From Okamejei kenojei (Eukaryota): a stretch of 64,000 nucleotides of DNA. Where the stretch lies: positions 21,948,001-22,012,000 of the forward strand of contig CM069153.1 of assembly GCA_035221665.1 (NCBI GenBank). The letters run 5' to 3'. Position numbers and translations under genes: made by a program. Each line of letters begins with the position of its first letter. The stretch's first letter is position 1. Below are positions 40,327-52,609 of the stretch, piece by piece. The notes below the pieces were generated by a model. It searched no databases. It was not told where the DNA came from and was given only the letters and a program-made list of their open reading frames with translations.

Positions 40327-41672
40327 ATAGAAACAGAGAAACATAGAAATTAAGTGCAGGAGTAGGCCATTCGGCTCTTCGAGCCTGCACCGCCATTCAA
40401 TATGATCATGGCTGATCATCCAACTCAGTATCCCATACCTGCCTTCTCTCCATACCCTCTGATCCCCTTAGCCACAAGGGCCACATCTAAACTCCCTCCT
40501 TAAATATAGTCAATGAACTGGCCTCTAACTACCCTCTGTGGCAGAGAGTTCCAGAGACCCACCACTCTCTGTGTGAAAAAAGTCTTTCTCATCTCGGTCT
40601 TAAAGGATTTCCCCCTTATCCTTAAGCTGTGACCCCTTGTCCTGGACTTCCCCAACATCGGGAACCTTCCTGCATCTAGCCTGTCCAACCCCTTAAGAAT
40701 TTTGTAAGTTTCTATAAGATCCCCTCTCAATCTCCTAAATTCTAGAGAGTATAAACCAAGTCTATCCAGTCTTTCTTCATAGACAGTCCTGACATCCCAG
40801 GAATCAGTCTGGTGAACCTTCACTGCACTCCCTCTATGGCAATAATGTCCTTCCTCAGATTTGGAGACCAAAACTGTACACAATACTCCAGAGTGGTCTC
40901 ACCAAGACCCTGTACAACTGAAGTAGAACCTCCCTGCTCCTATACTCAAATCCTTTTGCTATGAAAGCTAACATACCATTCGCTTTTTTCACTGCCTGCT
41001 GCACCTGCATGCCTACTTTCAATGACTGTGGTGTACCATGACACCCAGGTCTCGCTGCATCTCCCCTTTTTCCTAATCGGCCACCATTTAAAAATAGTCT
41101 GCTTTCCTGTTTTTTTGCCACCAAAGTGGATAACCTCACATTTATCCACATTATACTGCATCTGCCAAACATTTGCCCACATCACCCAGCCTATCCAAGT
41201 CACCTTGCAGTCTCCTAACACTGCCCCCCAGCTTAGTGTCATCCGCAAACTTGGAGATATTGCCTTCAACCCTCATCCAGATCATTAATATATTTGTAAA
41301 TAGCTGGGGTCCCAGCACTGAGCCTGTGGGTATCCCACTAGTTACTGCCTGCCATTGTGAAAAGGACCCGTTTATTCCTTCTCTTTGCTTCCTGTTTGCC
41401 AGCCAGTTCTCTATCCACATCAATACTGAACCCCTAATGCCGTATGCTTTAAGTTTGTATACTAATCTCTTATTTGGGACCTTGTCGAAAGCCTTCTGGA
41501 AGTCCAGATATACCATATCCACTGGTTCTCCCTTATCCACACTACTAGTTAAATTCTCGAAAAATTCCACAAGATTCGTCAGACATGATTTACCTTTCGT
41601 AAATCCATGCTGACATCGTCCAATGATTTCACCACTTTCCAAATGTGCTGCTATCCCATCTTTAATAACTGA
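40327..41672 (-). mobile_element. CR1 LINE, 5'-truncated, same subfamily as 35267-36456
   Basis: QHGFTKGKSCLTNL, YLDFQKAFDKVP and FADDTKL RT motifs. Nearly identical to the 35.3-36.5 kb copy. Confidence 0.95.
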
Positions 41673-42907
41673 GATAACTTTAATAAATGGGGGATTCAAT
41701 TACCCTGATGTAAATAGGGAAAGCAAGTGTCAAGGGTTAACATTTAAGGTTAGTGTTTAGTGACTAAAGATTCCGTCTGAAGCAGATTTTCTCTGATAAT
41801 TAAAAATCAATTGAACCAACGTCTGTTTAAGAACACTAATAGGATGTTGAGGCAGAACACTCACCCATTTCTGCAAAGGATATGCAATTTTGATGAGTGA
41901 ACTTGGCCATTGAAAAATTGAGCAAAAAATTAATATTAAAAAGTATAATCAGTCTGACGAAGAAACGTTATATTTAAGGGCCAAGGAGGGGGGAAGAATT
42001 TCAGCTTTTCTAATTGTGTGTTTTTATTCCACTAGTGTCTCGTTTTTTATCTTTCTGTTAGAATTTTTATATGTGTAATTGGACCAGTATCTCACAGTAC
42101 TGGTGCATATGACAATAAAACTTAACTTGAAAAATATGTTGGTGAACTTCCATGATTCTGGCAATTCCTACTCAACGTGGAATGATGCCATGTGGATCTT
42201 GATGCAAAAATTGGCATGGGCCAGGAAAAGGGGATCACCGGGATTAGAGTAGTTGTGGAAAACAGAAAGGAACCACTGGCTGTGGAAGTATTTAACTGAA
42301 GCAAGACTGATTCCAATATCTTGCAAAGGGATTTGGCCACAGCGTAATGGAATCAAAGTTTTGACAAAGTGAACAGTAAGTGAGCGGTGGGAAGGCTTAG
42401 AAGTTCTAGTTCAGTCACATTCTGGTACCAAGGAAGTACGTTCAACATTCCCTGGATGATTAAAGATATAATTATTATAAGGAAACAGTAAAAGGAAGAT
42501 ATATTCCAGGCTCATTATTCAGTAGAGAAGTGAGCTGAATAGAGGTGGTTAATGTAAGAACTAAAACAGATCACAAAGGCAAGCAGAGCGTTTGTGAATA
42601 GCTGAGTAGGCGATCTAAAAGGGAAGCAAAATGTCTTATAACATCCATGGGAATAGTAAAGAGGTAGTCAAGTGATGTGGGGTGGGTGGGGACTGATTAA
42701 TGGCCTGAGAGAATCCCTAATTGATTCAAAGGGCATGAAGGATTGTATTGGTTTTCCACGGAGGAGAATTCTGCAGTTGAATGTTGTGTAGATCGACTCC
42801 ATTAAAGCAAAGTAAAAAGAATCCACTTGAAAAGTTGACAATATTCAAGGAAGATTGGTCACCCAGTTCAACTGGTATTTTTTCCAGACAAAGTAATAAC
42901 ACAGTGA

Positions 42908-43212
42908 TTTTAGACTTTAGAGATGCAACATGGAAATAGGACCTTCAGCCCAGTGAGTCTGCGCCGATCAGCGATCGCCCCGTACACTCACACTGTCCTA
43001 CATACTAGGGACAATTTACAGTTTACAGAATCAAATTAACCTACAAACCTGCATGTCCTTTGGAGTGCGGGAGGAAACCGGAGTACCCGGGGAAAACCCA
43101 CGCCAACACGAGGAGAAGGTACAAATGCCATACTGACAACGCCCACAGTCAGGATCGAACCCGGCTCTCTGGCGCTGTAAGGCAGCAACGTTACCGCTGC
43201 GCCACCGTGCCG
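42908..43212 (-). mobile_element. HE1-type SINE
   Basis: gcggcacggtggcgcagcggtaacgttgctgccttacagcgccagagagccgggttcgatcc head with intact A/B boxes. Confidence 0.9.
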
Positions 43213-43288
43213 CAGTCAATGATTCTCGGTAACTCACTTAATGGAGCTATAATGTGTTGTGGAACTGAGCAAACAGCTAGAGGAAATT

Positions 43289-45369
43289 GGGGGTTACACA
43301 AAAAGCTGGAGAAACTCAGCGGGTTTGCAGCAGCATCTAAGAGGCGAAGGAGATAGGCGACGTTTCGGGTCGAGACCCTTCTTCTGACTGGTCAGGGATC
43401 AGGGAAACGAGAGATATAGACGGTGATGTGGAGAGATAAAGAACAATGAATGAAAGATATGCAAAAAAGTATCGATGATAAAGGAACAAGCCATTGTAAG
43501 CTGTTTGTGGTGTGAAAATGAGAAGCTAGTGCGACTTGGGTGGGGGAGGGAGATAGAGATAGAGGGAAAGCCAGGGCCCGAGGGCTGAGGGAGAGGTGGG
43601 GAGGGGGAGGAGACAGCAGGGGGTTAACAGAATTGAGAAAATTCAATGTTCAAGCCCAAAGGATGCAGACTCCCCAAGCGGAATATGAGGTGCTGTTCCT
43701 CCAACTTGCGGTGTTGCTCACTCTGGCCATGGAGGAGGCCCAGGACCGAGAGGTCGGATACGGAATGGGAGGGGGAGTTGAAGTGCTGAGCGACCGGGAG
43801 GTCGGGTTGGTTTTTGCGGACCGAGCGGAGTTGTTCGGCGAAACGATCGCCAAGCCGCCGCTTGGTCTCACCGATATAGATCATCTGGCATCTGGAGCAG
43901 CGGATGCAGTAGATGAGGTTGGAGGAGGTGCAGGTGAACCTCTGTCGGACCTGGAAGGACTGCTTGGGTCCCTGAAAGGAGTGGAGGGGGGAGGTGAAGG
44001 GACAAGTGTTGCATTTCTTGCGGTTGCAAGGGAAAGTGCCCGGGAAGGAGTAGAGCGGGAGGGGAGGGAAAAATTGACAAGGGAGTCGCGGAGGGAGCGG
44101 TCTTTGCGGAAGGCAGACAGGGGGGGAGATGGGAAGATGTGGCGGGTGGAGGGGTCACGTTGGAGGTTGCGAAACTGGCAGAGGACTATCTGTTGTATTT
44201 GCCGGCTGGTGGGGTGAAAGGTGAGGACCAGGGGGACTCTGCCCTGTTTTGCGAGTGGGGGAATGGGGAGAGAGGGGCAGTGTTGCGGGGTATGGAGGAG
44301 ACCCTGGTGCGAGCCTCATCAATAGTGGGGAGGGGAATCCCCGTTCTCTGAAGAATGAGGCCATTTGTGATGACCTGGTGTGAAACACCTCATCCTGGTA
44401 ACAGATGCAGCGTAGACGAAGGAATTGGGAATAGGGGATGGATTCCTTACAGGAACAAGGGTGGGAGGAAGAGTAGTCCAGGTAGCTGTGGGAGTCAGTG
44501 GGTTTGTAGTGGATGTCAGTCAGGAGTGTATCACCTGCAATAGAGATGGTGAGGTCAAGGAATGGTAGGGAATTTGGAGGAGGTGCAGGTGAACCTCTGT
44601 CGGACCTGGAAGGACTGCTTGGGTCCCTGAAAGGAGTGGAGGGGGGAGGTGAAGGGACAAGTGCTGCATTTCTTGCGGTTGCAAGGGAAAGTGCCCGGGG
44701 AAGGAAACCTCATCTACTGCATCCGCTGCTCCAGATGCCAGATGATCTATATCGGTGAGACCAAGCGGAGGCTTGGCGATCGTTTCGCCGAACACCTCCG
44801 CTCGGTCCGCAAAAACCAACCCGACCTCTCGGTCGCTCAACACTTCAACTCCCCCTCCCATTCCGTATCCGACCTCTCGGGTCCTGGGCCTCCTCCATGG
44901 CCAGAGTGAGCAACACCGCAAGTTGGAGGAACAGCACCTCATATTCCGCTTGGGGAGTCTGCATCCTTTGGGCTTGAACATTGAATTTTTCTCAATTCTG
45001 TTAACCCCTGCTGTCTCCTCCCCCTCCCCACCTCTCCCTCAGCCCTCGGGCCCTGGCATTCCCTCTATCTCTATCTCCCTTCCCCACCCAAGTCGCACTA
45101 GCTTCTCATTTTCACACCACAAACAGCTTACAATGGCTTGTTTCCCTTTATCATCGATACTTTTTTGCATATCTTTCATTCATTGTTCTTTATCTCTCCA
45201 CATCACCGTCGATATATCTCTCGTTTCCCTGATCCCTGACCAGTCTGAAGAAGGGTCTCGACCCGAAACGTCGCCTATCTCCTTCGCTCCTTAGATGCTG
45301 CTGCACCCGCTGAGTTTCTCCAGCTTTTTGTGTAACCCTCGATTCTCCAGCATCTGCAGTTTCTTCGTT
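43289..45369. mobile_element. Neptune-type Penelope composite: inverted 3' arms with GIY-YIG endonuclease and pLTRs, 17-bp TSD
   Basis: NLIYCIRCSRCQMIYIGETKRRLGDRFAEH...HF...H GIY-YIG domain on both strands, plus the Cys-rich PGTFPCNRKKCNTC linker. AACAGCTAGAGGAAATT at 43272-43288 and 45370-45386. Confidence 0.93.
45245..45272 (+). ncRNA. Minimal type-I hammerhead ribozyme-like motif in a Penelope pLTR
   Basis: CTGAAGA-A-GGGTC-TC-GACCC-GAAAC-GTC: CUGANGA core, stem II hairpin, GAAA, palindromic ACGU stem III and GUC site. Minimal hammerheads are known in PLE pLTRs. Confidence 0.65.
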
Positions 45370-45573
45370 AACAGCTAGAGGAAATTATTGCATCAGCAGT
45401 GTGGAGGGAAATGGACAGTTGACATTTTGGGTCAAGATTGCAGAGGAAGGATCTTGATTCTAAATGTTAACTGTGGGTTTCCCTCCATATAAGCTGCCTG
45501 ACCCACTAGTTTCTACCAGCAGTTTGCGTTTTGCTCCAGATTCCAGCATCTACCATCTCTTGTGTCTCCTAAA

Positions 45574-46070
45574 TAGGGTTGCCCACTGTCCCGTATTAGC
45601 CGGGACATCCAGTATTTTGGGCTAAATTGGTTTGTCCCGTTATGGGACCGACCTTGTCCCGTATTTGACTGCTGCAACTCGGGTCGAGGGGACTGTTGGG
45701 TCGGAGCGCCGCGTCCGGCCCTGCCTCACACGTCCCGACGTAGAGCAGCCCATGGAGTGCGGCAGTGGCGCCTCGCCCGTGGCCCCGTCGGTCGGCTGCC
45801 CGACCCAGCTGTCCGATCTTCGGACCTTTCCTTCTCATGGCCGATCATCGGTTCACGAGTTGGATGGGGTGCTGGACTTTGCGCGCGACGTCGCGCAGGT
45901 TAAAACTCCTCAGCTGGCCCGCCGGCTGGTCTTTGTGTGCAGTCCAGAACCCGGGCCAACTCATCATTCACCCAGCCATGGCTGAGTTGGTCAACTCATT
46001 GCCGTCAGGAATTTGTCCCATATTTTGACCTTTTGTCCCTTATTTGGGAGTGAGAAAGTTGGCAACCATA
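45574..46070. mobile_element. hAT-type non-autonomous element with 8-bp TSD
   Basis: TAGGGTTGCC...GGCAACCATA termini. CTCCTAAA duplicated at 45566-45573 and 46071-46078. GC/CpG-rich interior. Confidence 0.88.
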
Positions 46071-47408
46071 CTCCTAAATAAACTGTGATTAGCTCTGTGA
46101 TAATGTAACGTGCATGCACTATATGTTTTAACCTGCAATGGGGATGCAAGGAACAGCAGATGCTGGTTTACACCGACAATAGACAAAAAAAGCTGAAGTA
46201 ACTCAGCGGGTCAGGCAGCATCTCTGGAGAAAAGAAAAAGGGGACGTCTATTCCCTTTCTCCAGAGATGACGCTTGCACTAGGTGGACTTTTGAAAACAA
46301 GGGGCCAAGTGCCTTGTATTCATTGCAGTTCGTTAATATTTTGTGGGTGAAATTACTGACAAACACAATAAATATGTAAGCTGATGAAGAAACTAAGAAT
46401 TAAAAAGTAACTGATGCACATTGTTCAATTTAGTTAGATTAACCCTCAGAGCATTTTGCATGACTAAACAAAACTAACCACAAACATGTACTATATTTAT
46501 GCAGGATGCTGCTTTTCTAAGAAGATCTTTACAATTCATGCTGTAAGCCACAGACCTTGAACTGGTTTATGCAGTCAATTTAATTAAAGAATATATCCAA
46601 TTCGGCAGATCATAATCTAGGTAGCACAATTAATAATGCTTTAGAAGAAATGCTGGAGTAACTCAGCAGGTCAGGAAGCATCTCTGAGAAAAGGAATAGG
46701 TGGTGCTTTGGGTCGAGACCTTACTTCACACTGAGAGTCAGGGAGAGCGAAAGAATATAATTAATAACCTCCAATGATGACAAGCATGACTTAAAGTCAT
46801 AGTTGTGCAGCATGGAAACAGGCCCTTCAGCTCAACTAATCCATACCAATTACCATGCTCTGTTCAAGCTAATCGCACATGCCTGCATTTGGCCCACATC
46901 CCCTTAAACGTTTTCTATCCATGTACCAGTCCAAGTGTCCTTTCGATGTTGCAATAAAACCTGCCTCAACTACCTCCTTTGGTAGCACGTTCCATGTACC
47001 TGCCACACTCTGACTAAAACTGTTGCCCCTCAGGTTCCTATTAAATCTTCCCCTCTCACCTTAAACTGATGTGTTCTGGCTCATGCTTCCCCTCCCCTGG
47101 GTAAAGTAAGCTCCACACAGACAGCACCCAAGAACAGGATAAAACCCGGGTCTCTAGTGTTGTGAGGCAGCAGCTCTACCAGCTGCACCACTGGGCCACC
47201 AGGGGAGGATAAAATGGAATCAGTGTTGTATTAATGTAAATGGGTGCTTGATGGCTGGCACACACGCACTGGGTTGAAGTCGCTGTTTCTGTGCTGTATG
47301 ACCCTTACTCTGCTGGGCTGGCATTTGGGCGCCACCATGCATGGCTGCTTGCTTCCTTGTGTCGCAGTATGCCAGATTCAAAAGGAAAATTATAAATCAT
47401 GCAAGTAA

Positions 47409-47607
47409 AGGGCCTGTCCCACTTGGTCGTCATTTGCGCATAATTTACGCATCACGACGCAGGACACGCGCGTCGTGACATGCATTACGCGCGCATGGTG
47501 CGAGATGACATAGGCAGTGACGCGCAGCGTCGCAGGATTTCTGATGTACAAAATCTTCCCGCGCCATCTGCGTGACGCGCAAATGACAGCCAAGTGGGAC
47601 AGGCCCT
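47409..47607. mobile_element. PIF/Harbinger-type MITE (same family as 37229, opposite orientation)
   Basis: AGGGCCTGTCCCACTTGG...CCAAGTGGGACAGGCCCT with TAA/TTA flanks. Confidence 0.85.
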
Positions 47608-48103
47608 TTACACATGTTTAGCTGTCTGATAAAATACTGTTGCCTCGTCTGCATTGATGTACAGCTTCAAAATAGAAATCTCCCAAGCATTGATAGAAGT
47701 GTACAAAATTATGAAAGGCATAGACAGCGTAGACAGTCAAAACCTTTGTCCCCAGGGTGGAAATGTCAAAGAGATTTAAAGCATGGCTTTCAGGTGAGAG
47801 GGGTAAAGACTAAAGGAGATGTGCAGAGCAAGAATCTTTGTACACAGAGAGTGGAGGATACCTGGAGCGCACTGCCAGGGGTGGTAGAGGCAGATACGAA
47901 AGTGGGATTTACGAGGCTTTTGGATGGGCACGTATACATGCATAGAATGGAGGGATATGGATCACGTGCAGGCAGAGGTATTGTGTTCACTGTGGGCCAA
48001 AGGGCTGTTCCTGCCCTGTACTGCTCCACGTTCTATGTAATGTTTGTAGAATATCATCCCAGCTTAATGACAATGTAATCTTTTGATAATAAACTGTTCT
48101 TAC

Positions 48104-48242
48104 CCGGTGCCTTCAATTCATCGGTGATAAATGTTAGAAGGTCCTTGCAAATGTCACAGTAAGGTACAGGCCAGGTCAGGAGATTGTGGTAGATGCTATA
48201 TGCGTTTTTCAGCAAGATCGACTCTGGAGGAAAAAATGGAAT
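48104..48242 (-). CDS. PIK3R5: PIK3R5 coding exon (~5)
   Basis: [46 protein letters not shown](G) versus human [47 protein letters not shown]. Splice sites attgcag / gtaaga, 139 nt. Confidence 0.97.
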
Positions 48243-49317
48243 CTGCAATCCACCAGACAACAGATTGAAAAGATTGATATAACATCTTAAAATCCTTTTG
48301 AAACAGCAAACTTTAAAGAAAATGCAGTAAATTAGATCAGAATCTTCTGATTGAGAAAATCAGAATAATTTGATATTCAGAATAACCTTTAGTACATGGA
48401 TATGCAAGGAATGGGGAGGAAGACCTTGGAGGACCCTCAGGTCAAAAAGCGTGCAGGCAGATGAGATTAGTTTATCTTGGCATCATGTTCGGCACAGACA
48501 CTGTGGGCCGAAGGGCCTGTTCCAGTGCTGTAGTTTTCTATTTTCTTATAAAAACTTCTATAAAAACGAACTTCTAAATTAATAATTTTATTCATTGCTT
48601 TATTCAATATAATTTTGCATTGTTCAAATGTGAAACAGTGACAGAAACCGTAAGTGTCCCTTTGCAGTTGTCCATTTATATAGACGCAGTAAAAATATAT
48701 TGAGGGGTACTGCTCAATAATGTGAACAGGGACTAAATAAAGATGACGATGAAGTTGGATCAAAAGGAAAGGTTTTTGGAAGACCCTGGAGGGCCCTCAG
48801 ATCCAAAAATGTTTGGTGGTACAGTTACACAACTGGTAGAGCTGCTGCTTCTGGTTCTATTAATGTGGATTGTGGAGTGTGCATGTTCTCCCCATGACCC
48901 CGTAACCCCGTGGTCCACCTGACTCCTTCCACCCCACACTCTAACCCTCTTCCTCCCAATCCTAACCCCCTTCCTCCCATGTAAGCCCCCAACCACCCCC
49001 CGAATATCTGCAGGCCGCTAGATCAATAGGCCTCTGTAAAGTGCATTGTGTGTGGATGAGTGGAAGAAACTGGGGAGAATGTGACAAGCAGACAATCCGT
49101 TTTGGTTAGATTCGTGTTCATGGGTGCTTGATTGTCAGGATAGACTGAGTGGGCCAAAGGGCTGTTTGCATGCTGTATCTCTCTGTGAACCAACAAAAAT
49201 GGGTTAACACATTGAAGAAGGAATTCACTTAAACCGCAACCAAAAAGAAATATGAAAGGGAGCACAGGGAGGTTGAGGTAGCAACAAAATTCATCAGGTG
49301 AACGTTTTCAGGATAAT

Positions 49318-49625
49318 GGGTGACAGCTGGTAAAACTGCTGCCTCACAACGCAGGGGACCTGGGTTCAACCCTGACTTCAGGTGCTGTCTATGTGGAGTT
49401 TGCACGTTCTCCCTGTGACCGCATGGGTTACCTCCAGGTGCTCCTGTTTCCTCCCACATCGCTAAGTTGTGTGGGTTTGTGGGCTAACTGGCCACTATAA
49501 AATTGCCCATAGTGTGTCGGGAGTGGATACAAAAATGGGATAACGTAGAATTTGTGTGAATGGGTGATTTATGGCCGGCTTGGACTTGCTGGGCTGAAGG
49601 GGCCTGTTTCTAAGCTGTATTATTC
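49318..49625 (+). mobile_element. HE1-type SINE
   Basis: ctgctgcctcacaacgcaggggacctgggttcaaccc head, V-core and gggcctgtttc tail. Confidence 0.8.
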
Positions 49626-49779
49626 AATCAAAAATAGGACTCAACTTTAGGAAAAATGAACTAAATCCCAAGGCGATGAAGAATTCCATTACTTTATAAA
49701 TCACTCCAACATTCCGAGTTCTATCAAGTACTGTAGCAGTGCGCAAATCAATGCTATGATGCATGTCCTTAGTACTCAC

Positions 49780-49848
49780 TTGCAATGCAGAAGAATAAAA
49801 CATTAAAGCCAGTGGCACTAATAGGTCATATTGACACATCTCCTGCAC
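49780..49848 (-). CDS. PIK3R5: PIK3R5 coding exon (~4)
   Basis: VQEMCQYDLLVPLALMFYSSALQ versus human [23 protein letters not shown]. Splice sites ttttgcag / gtgagt, 69 nt, phase 0-0. Confidence 0.95.
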
Positions 49849-50676
49849 CTGCAAAACATTATTCATACATGTAAGACATTTTGCCATCTTCAGAAGTGAT
49901 TTACCATTGATTTATGTAACGTTACACAAGCAAATGGATTCTTAATGGTGGTGGGTAAATTGGCATTTATTTGTATTTCAAAGTCATTCAAAGGAAATGT
50001 TGGATTTCTCCAAGAAATATTAAGTTCCAAACAGAAAGGGTGGAGACAAAACAAAGACTGCAGATGATGAAATTTGGCACAGGATCTCGAACAATCATCA
50101 ATATTTCCTCTCCCCACAACCCCCCACAGTTGTTGCTTCACCCGCTGATAACTTCCGGCAATTTGTTTCTTGTATCAAAACAGGTTATTTTGTGCTGGTT
50201 CTTAAGTTGGCCGGACTGAAGATGGCAGGATGCAAGTTTGCATGTAACAAACCACAGGAGGGGTGGGGACTTCCTCGGCTTATTGGTACATTCAGAAATT
50301 CACTCAACAATCTACCTCAGCGACCGTATGTCCATACCGATCCACCAGAGACAAGAATAAGATGATTAAATTTGTAGGTTGTTGCTCACGTTACTGATAT
50401 CTATCCCTCAAATTATGTGTCAATGAAACTATTTTTTTAATCAAATGGACACAAGGTCCAGGAGTAACTCAGCACGTCAGGCAGCATCTCTGGAGACACA
50501 AGGATAGCTGACATTTCGGGTAAGGAACCTTCTTCAGGCTGATTGAAGGGGAGGAGAAGCTGGAAGAGTAGGTTTCTAATTATTTCCTACCTGGAAGTAA
50601 TGCACAATTATAGAGAATAGGCAAGTATCACTGTGGAGCACGTTGTTCTGCTACATCTATACATGGTATACATCTA

Positions 50677-51457
50677 TACATGGTAAATGGTAGGGAATTG
50701 AGGAATTACATGGTAAATGGTAGGGAATTGAGGAATGCTGTGGAACAGAGGGATCTAGGAATAACTGTGCATAGTTCCCTGAAGGTGGAATCGCATGTAG
50801 ATAGGGTGGTAAAGAAAGCCTTTGGTGTGCTGGCCTTTATAAATCAGAGCATTGAATATAGGAGTAGGGAAGTAATGTTAAAATTGTACAAGGCATTGGT
50901 AAGACCAATTCTGGAGTATGGTGTACAATTTTGGTCGCCTAGTTATAGGAAGGATGTCAACAAAATAGAGAGAGTACAGAGGAGATTTACTAGAATGTTG
51001 CCAGGGTTCCAGCAACTATGTTACAGAGAAAGGTTGAACAAGTTAGGTCTTTATTCTTTGGAGCGCAGAAGGTTAAGGGGGGACTTGATTGAGGTCTTTA
51101 AAATGATGAAAGGGATAGACAGAGTTGACGTGGATACGTTTTTCCCATTGAGGGTAGGGAAGATTCAAACAAGAGGGCATGACATGAGAATTAAGGGACA
51201 GAAGTTTCGGGGTAACGTGAGGGGGAACTTCTTTACTCAGAGGGTGGTGGCTGTGGGGAATGAGCTTCCAGCAGAAGTGGTGGAGGCAGGATCGATTTTA
51301 ACATTTAAGAGTAAAGTGGATAGGTATATGGACGTGAAGGGAATGGAGGGGTATGGTCTGAGTGCAGGTAGATGGGACTAGGGGAAAACAAATGGTCGGC
51401 ACGGACTGGAAGGGCCGAGAGGGCCTGTTTCCGTGCTGTAATTGTTATATGGTTATC
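50677..51457 (+). mobile_element. Young CR1 LINE 3' fragment with an uninterrupted 233-aa ORF2 C-terminus
   Basis: ORF 50680-51381 contains LYKALVRPILEYGVQFWSP and SLERRRLRGDLIEVFK. Tail gttatatggttat. Confidence 0.93.
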
Positions 51458-52609
51458 ATGAACCTTCCTAAGAAACCTCGCATTATAGAAAATCGTTCGA
51501 TAATAACATTTGTGTCAATGGGGACAAAGGATTAATAGCAAGAAAGTTTTAAGTCTCACAATAACAAAGTTATTTTTCCTGGCAGGTCTTTAAAATACCA
51601 AGTATTTTTTGCAAGTTAGTGCAATGTAAAGCCAGCAAGGTCCGATCAAGGATAATCCGAGGGTCATAGTAGTTCAGCACTGCCCACTGCTCAGCACTGG
51701 ACTAGTCGTGTGGGAAGTGGAGGTGGAGGGGAGGGGATATATGAGGGTGGCAGGAAGGGATGCATGAGAAATGCATAAAACATTTAGTTTTAATTTAGTT
51801 AAATTTATTATTGTCACGTGCAGCAAAATACAAGAAAAGCTTTTGTCTGTGTGCTATTCAATTGAAAAAAAGACGAAACAGGAATACAATCTAGCTATCC
51901 ACACTGCACAGGTAAAGGATAAAGTGTACAACACATAGTACAAAGATATAACATATAACAGTCAGGGGCGAAGATTGGACCCCTAGACCAAACCATAAAT
52001 CACTGCCCCAGCCACATGCTGTCAAATCACTTGTTTCATTAGACCCTCATTGCACTAAACATTATTCCCTTTATCCTGTACCTGTCCAGTGTGGACAGCT
52101 TGATTGTAATCGTGTATAGTCTTTTCGCTGAGAGGACACAACAAAAAAGCTTTTCACTGTACCTCGGTTTATGTGACAATAAACTAAAGTAATCTTTTAT
52201 CCCAATATATCCAGTAGTGTACCTCGTGCTTGTGACAATGGCCTTTTGAATCCAATTTCTGCCATTAAGAGCAGAAAGCATGCCGCACTCATTAACAACA
52301 TCAGTGTGTGTGGAATCCGGCAGGGAAATGGCATCGGCATGTTTTGGCAAAGCTCGCCAGGAAGTTACTGATCCAAATTTTGCAATGTCAGTGGTTTCAC
52401 CAGGAACTGTGCAAGTGCAGCAAAACTTGCCCAGAGTCATTCCGCACGTGGCAATGACATCACACTATATATGCACTTGTGGCTTGAAGGGCACAAGATG
52501 GCTTGGGAAATGTGGCAACTCTTCAATGGTCAATGGGGTTTCTTTCTCATCACATGTACCAAGGTATAGTGAGATTCTCTTTTTGCATAGCGGTCAGTGA
52601 GATTATAGA

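Noticed and set aside
43540-44217. 225-aa plus-strand ORF
   Set aside because: Antisense shadow of the Penelope GIY-YIG coding strand.
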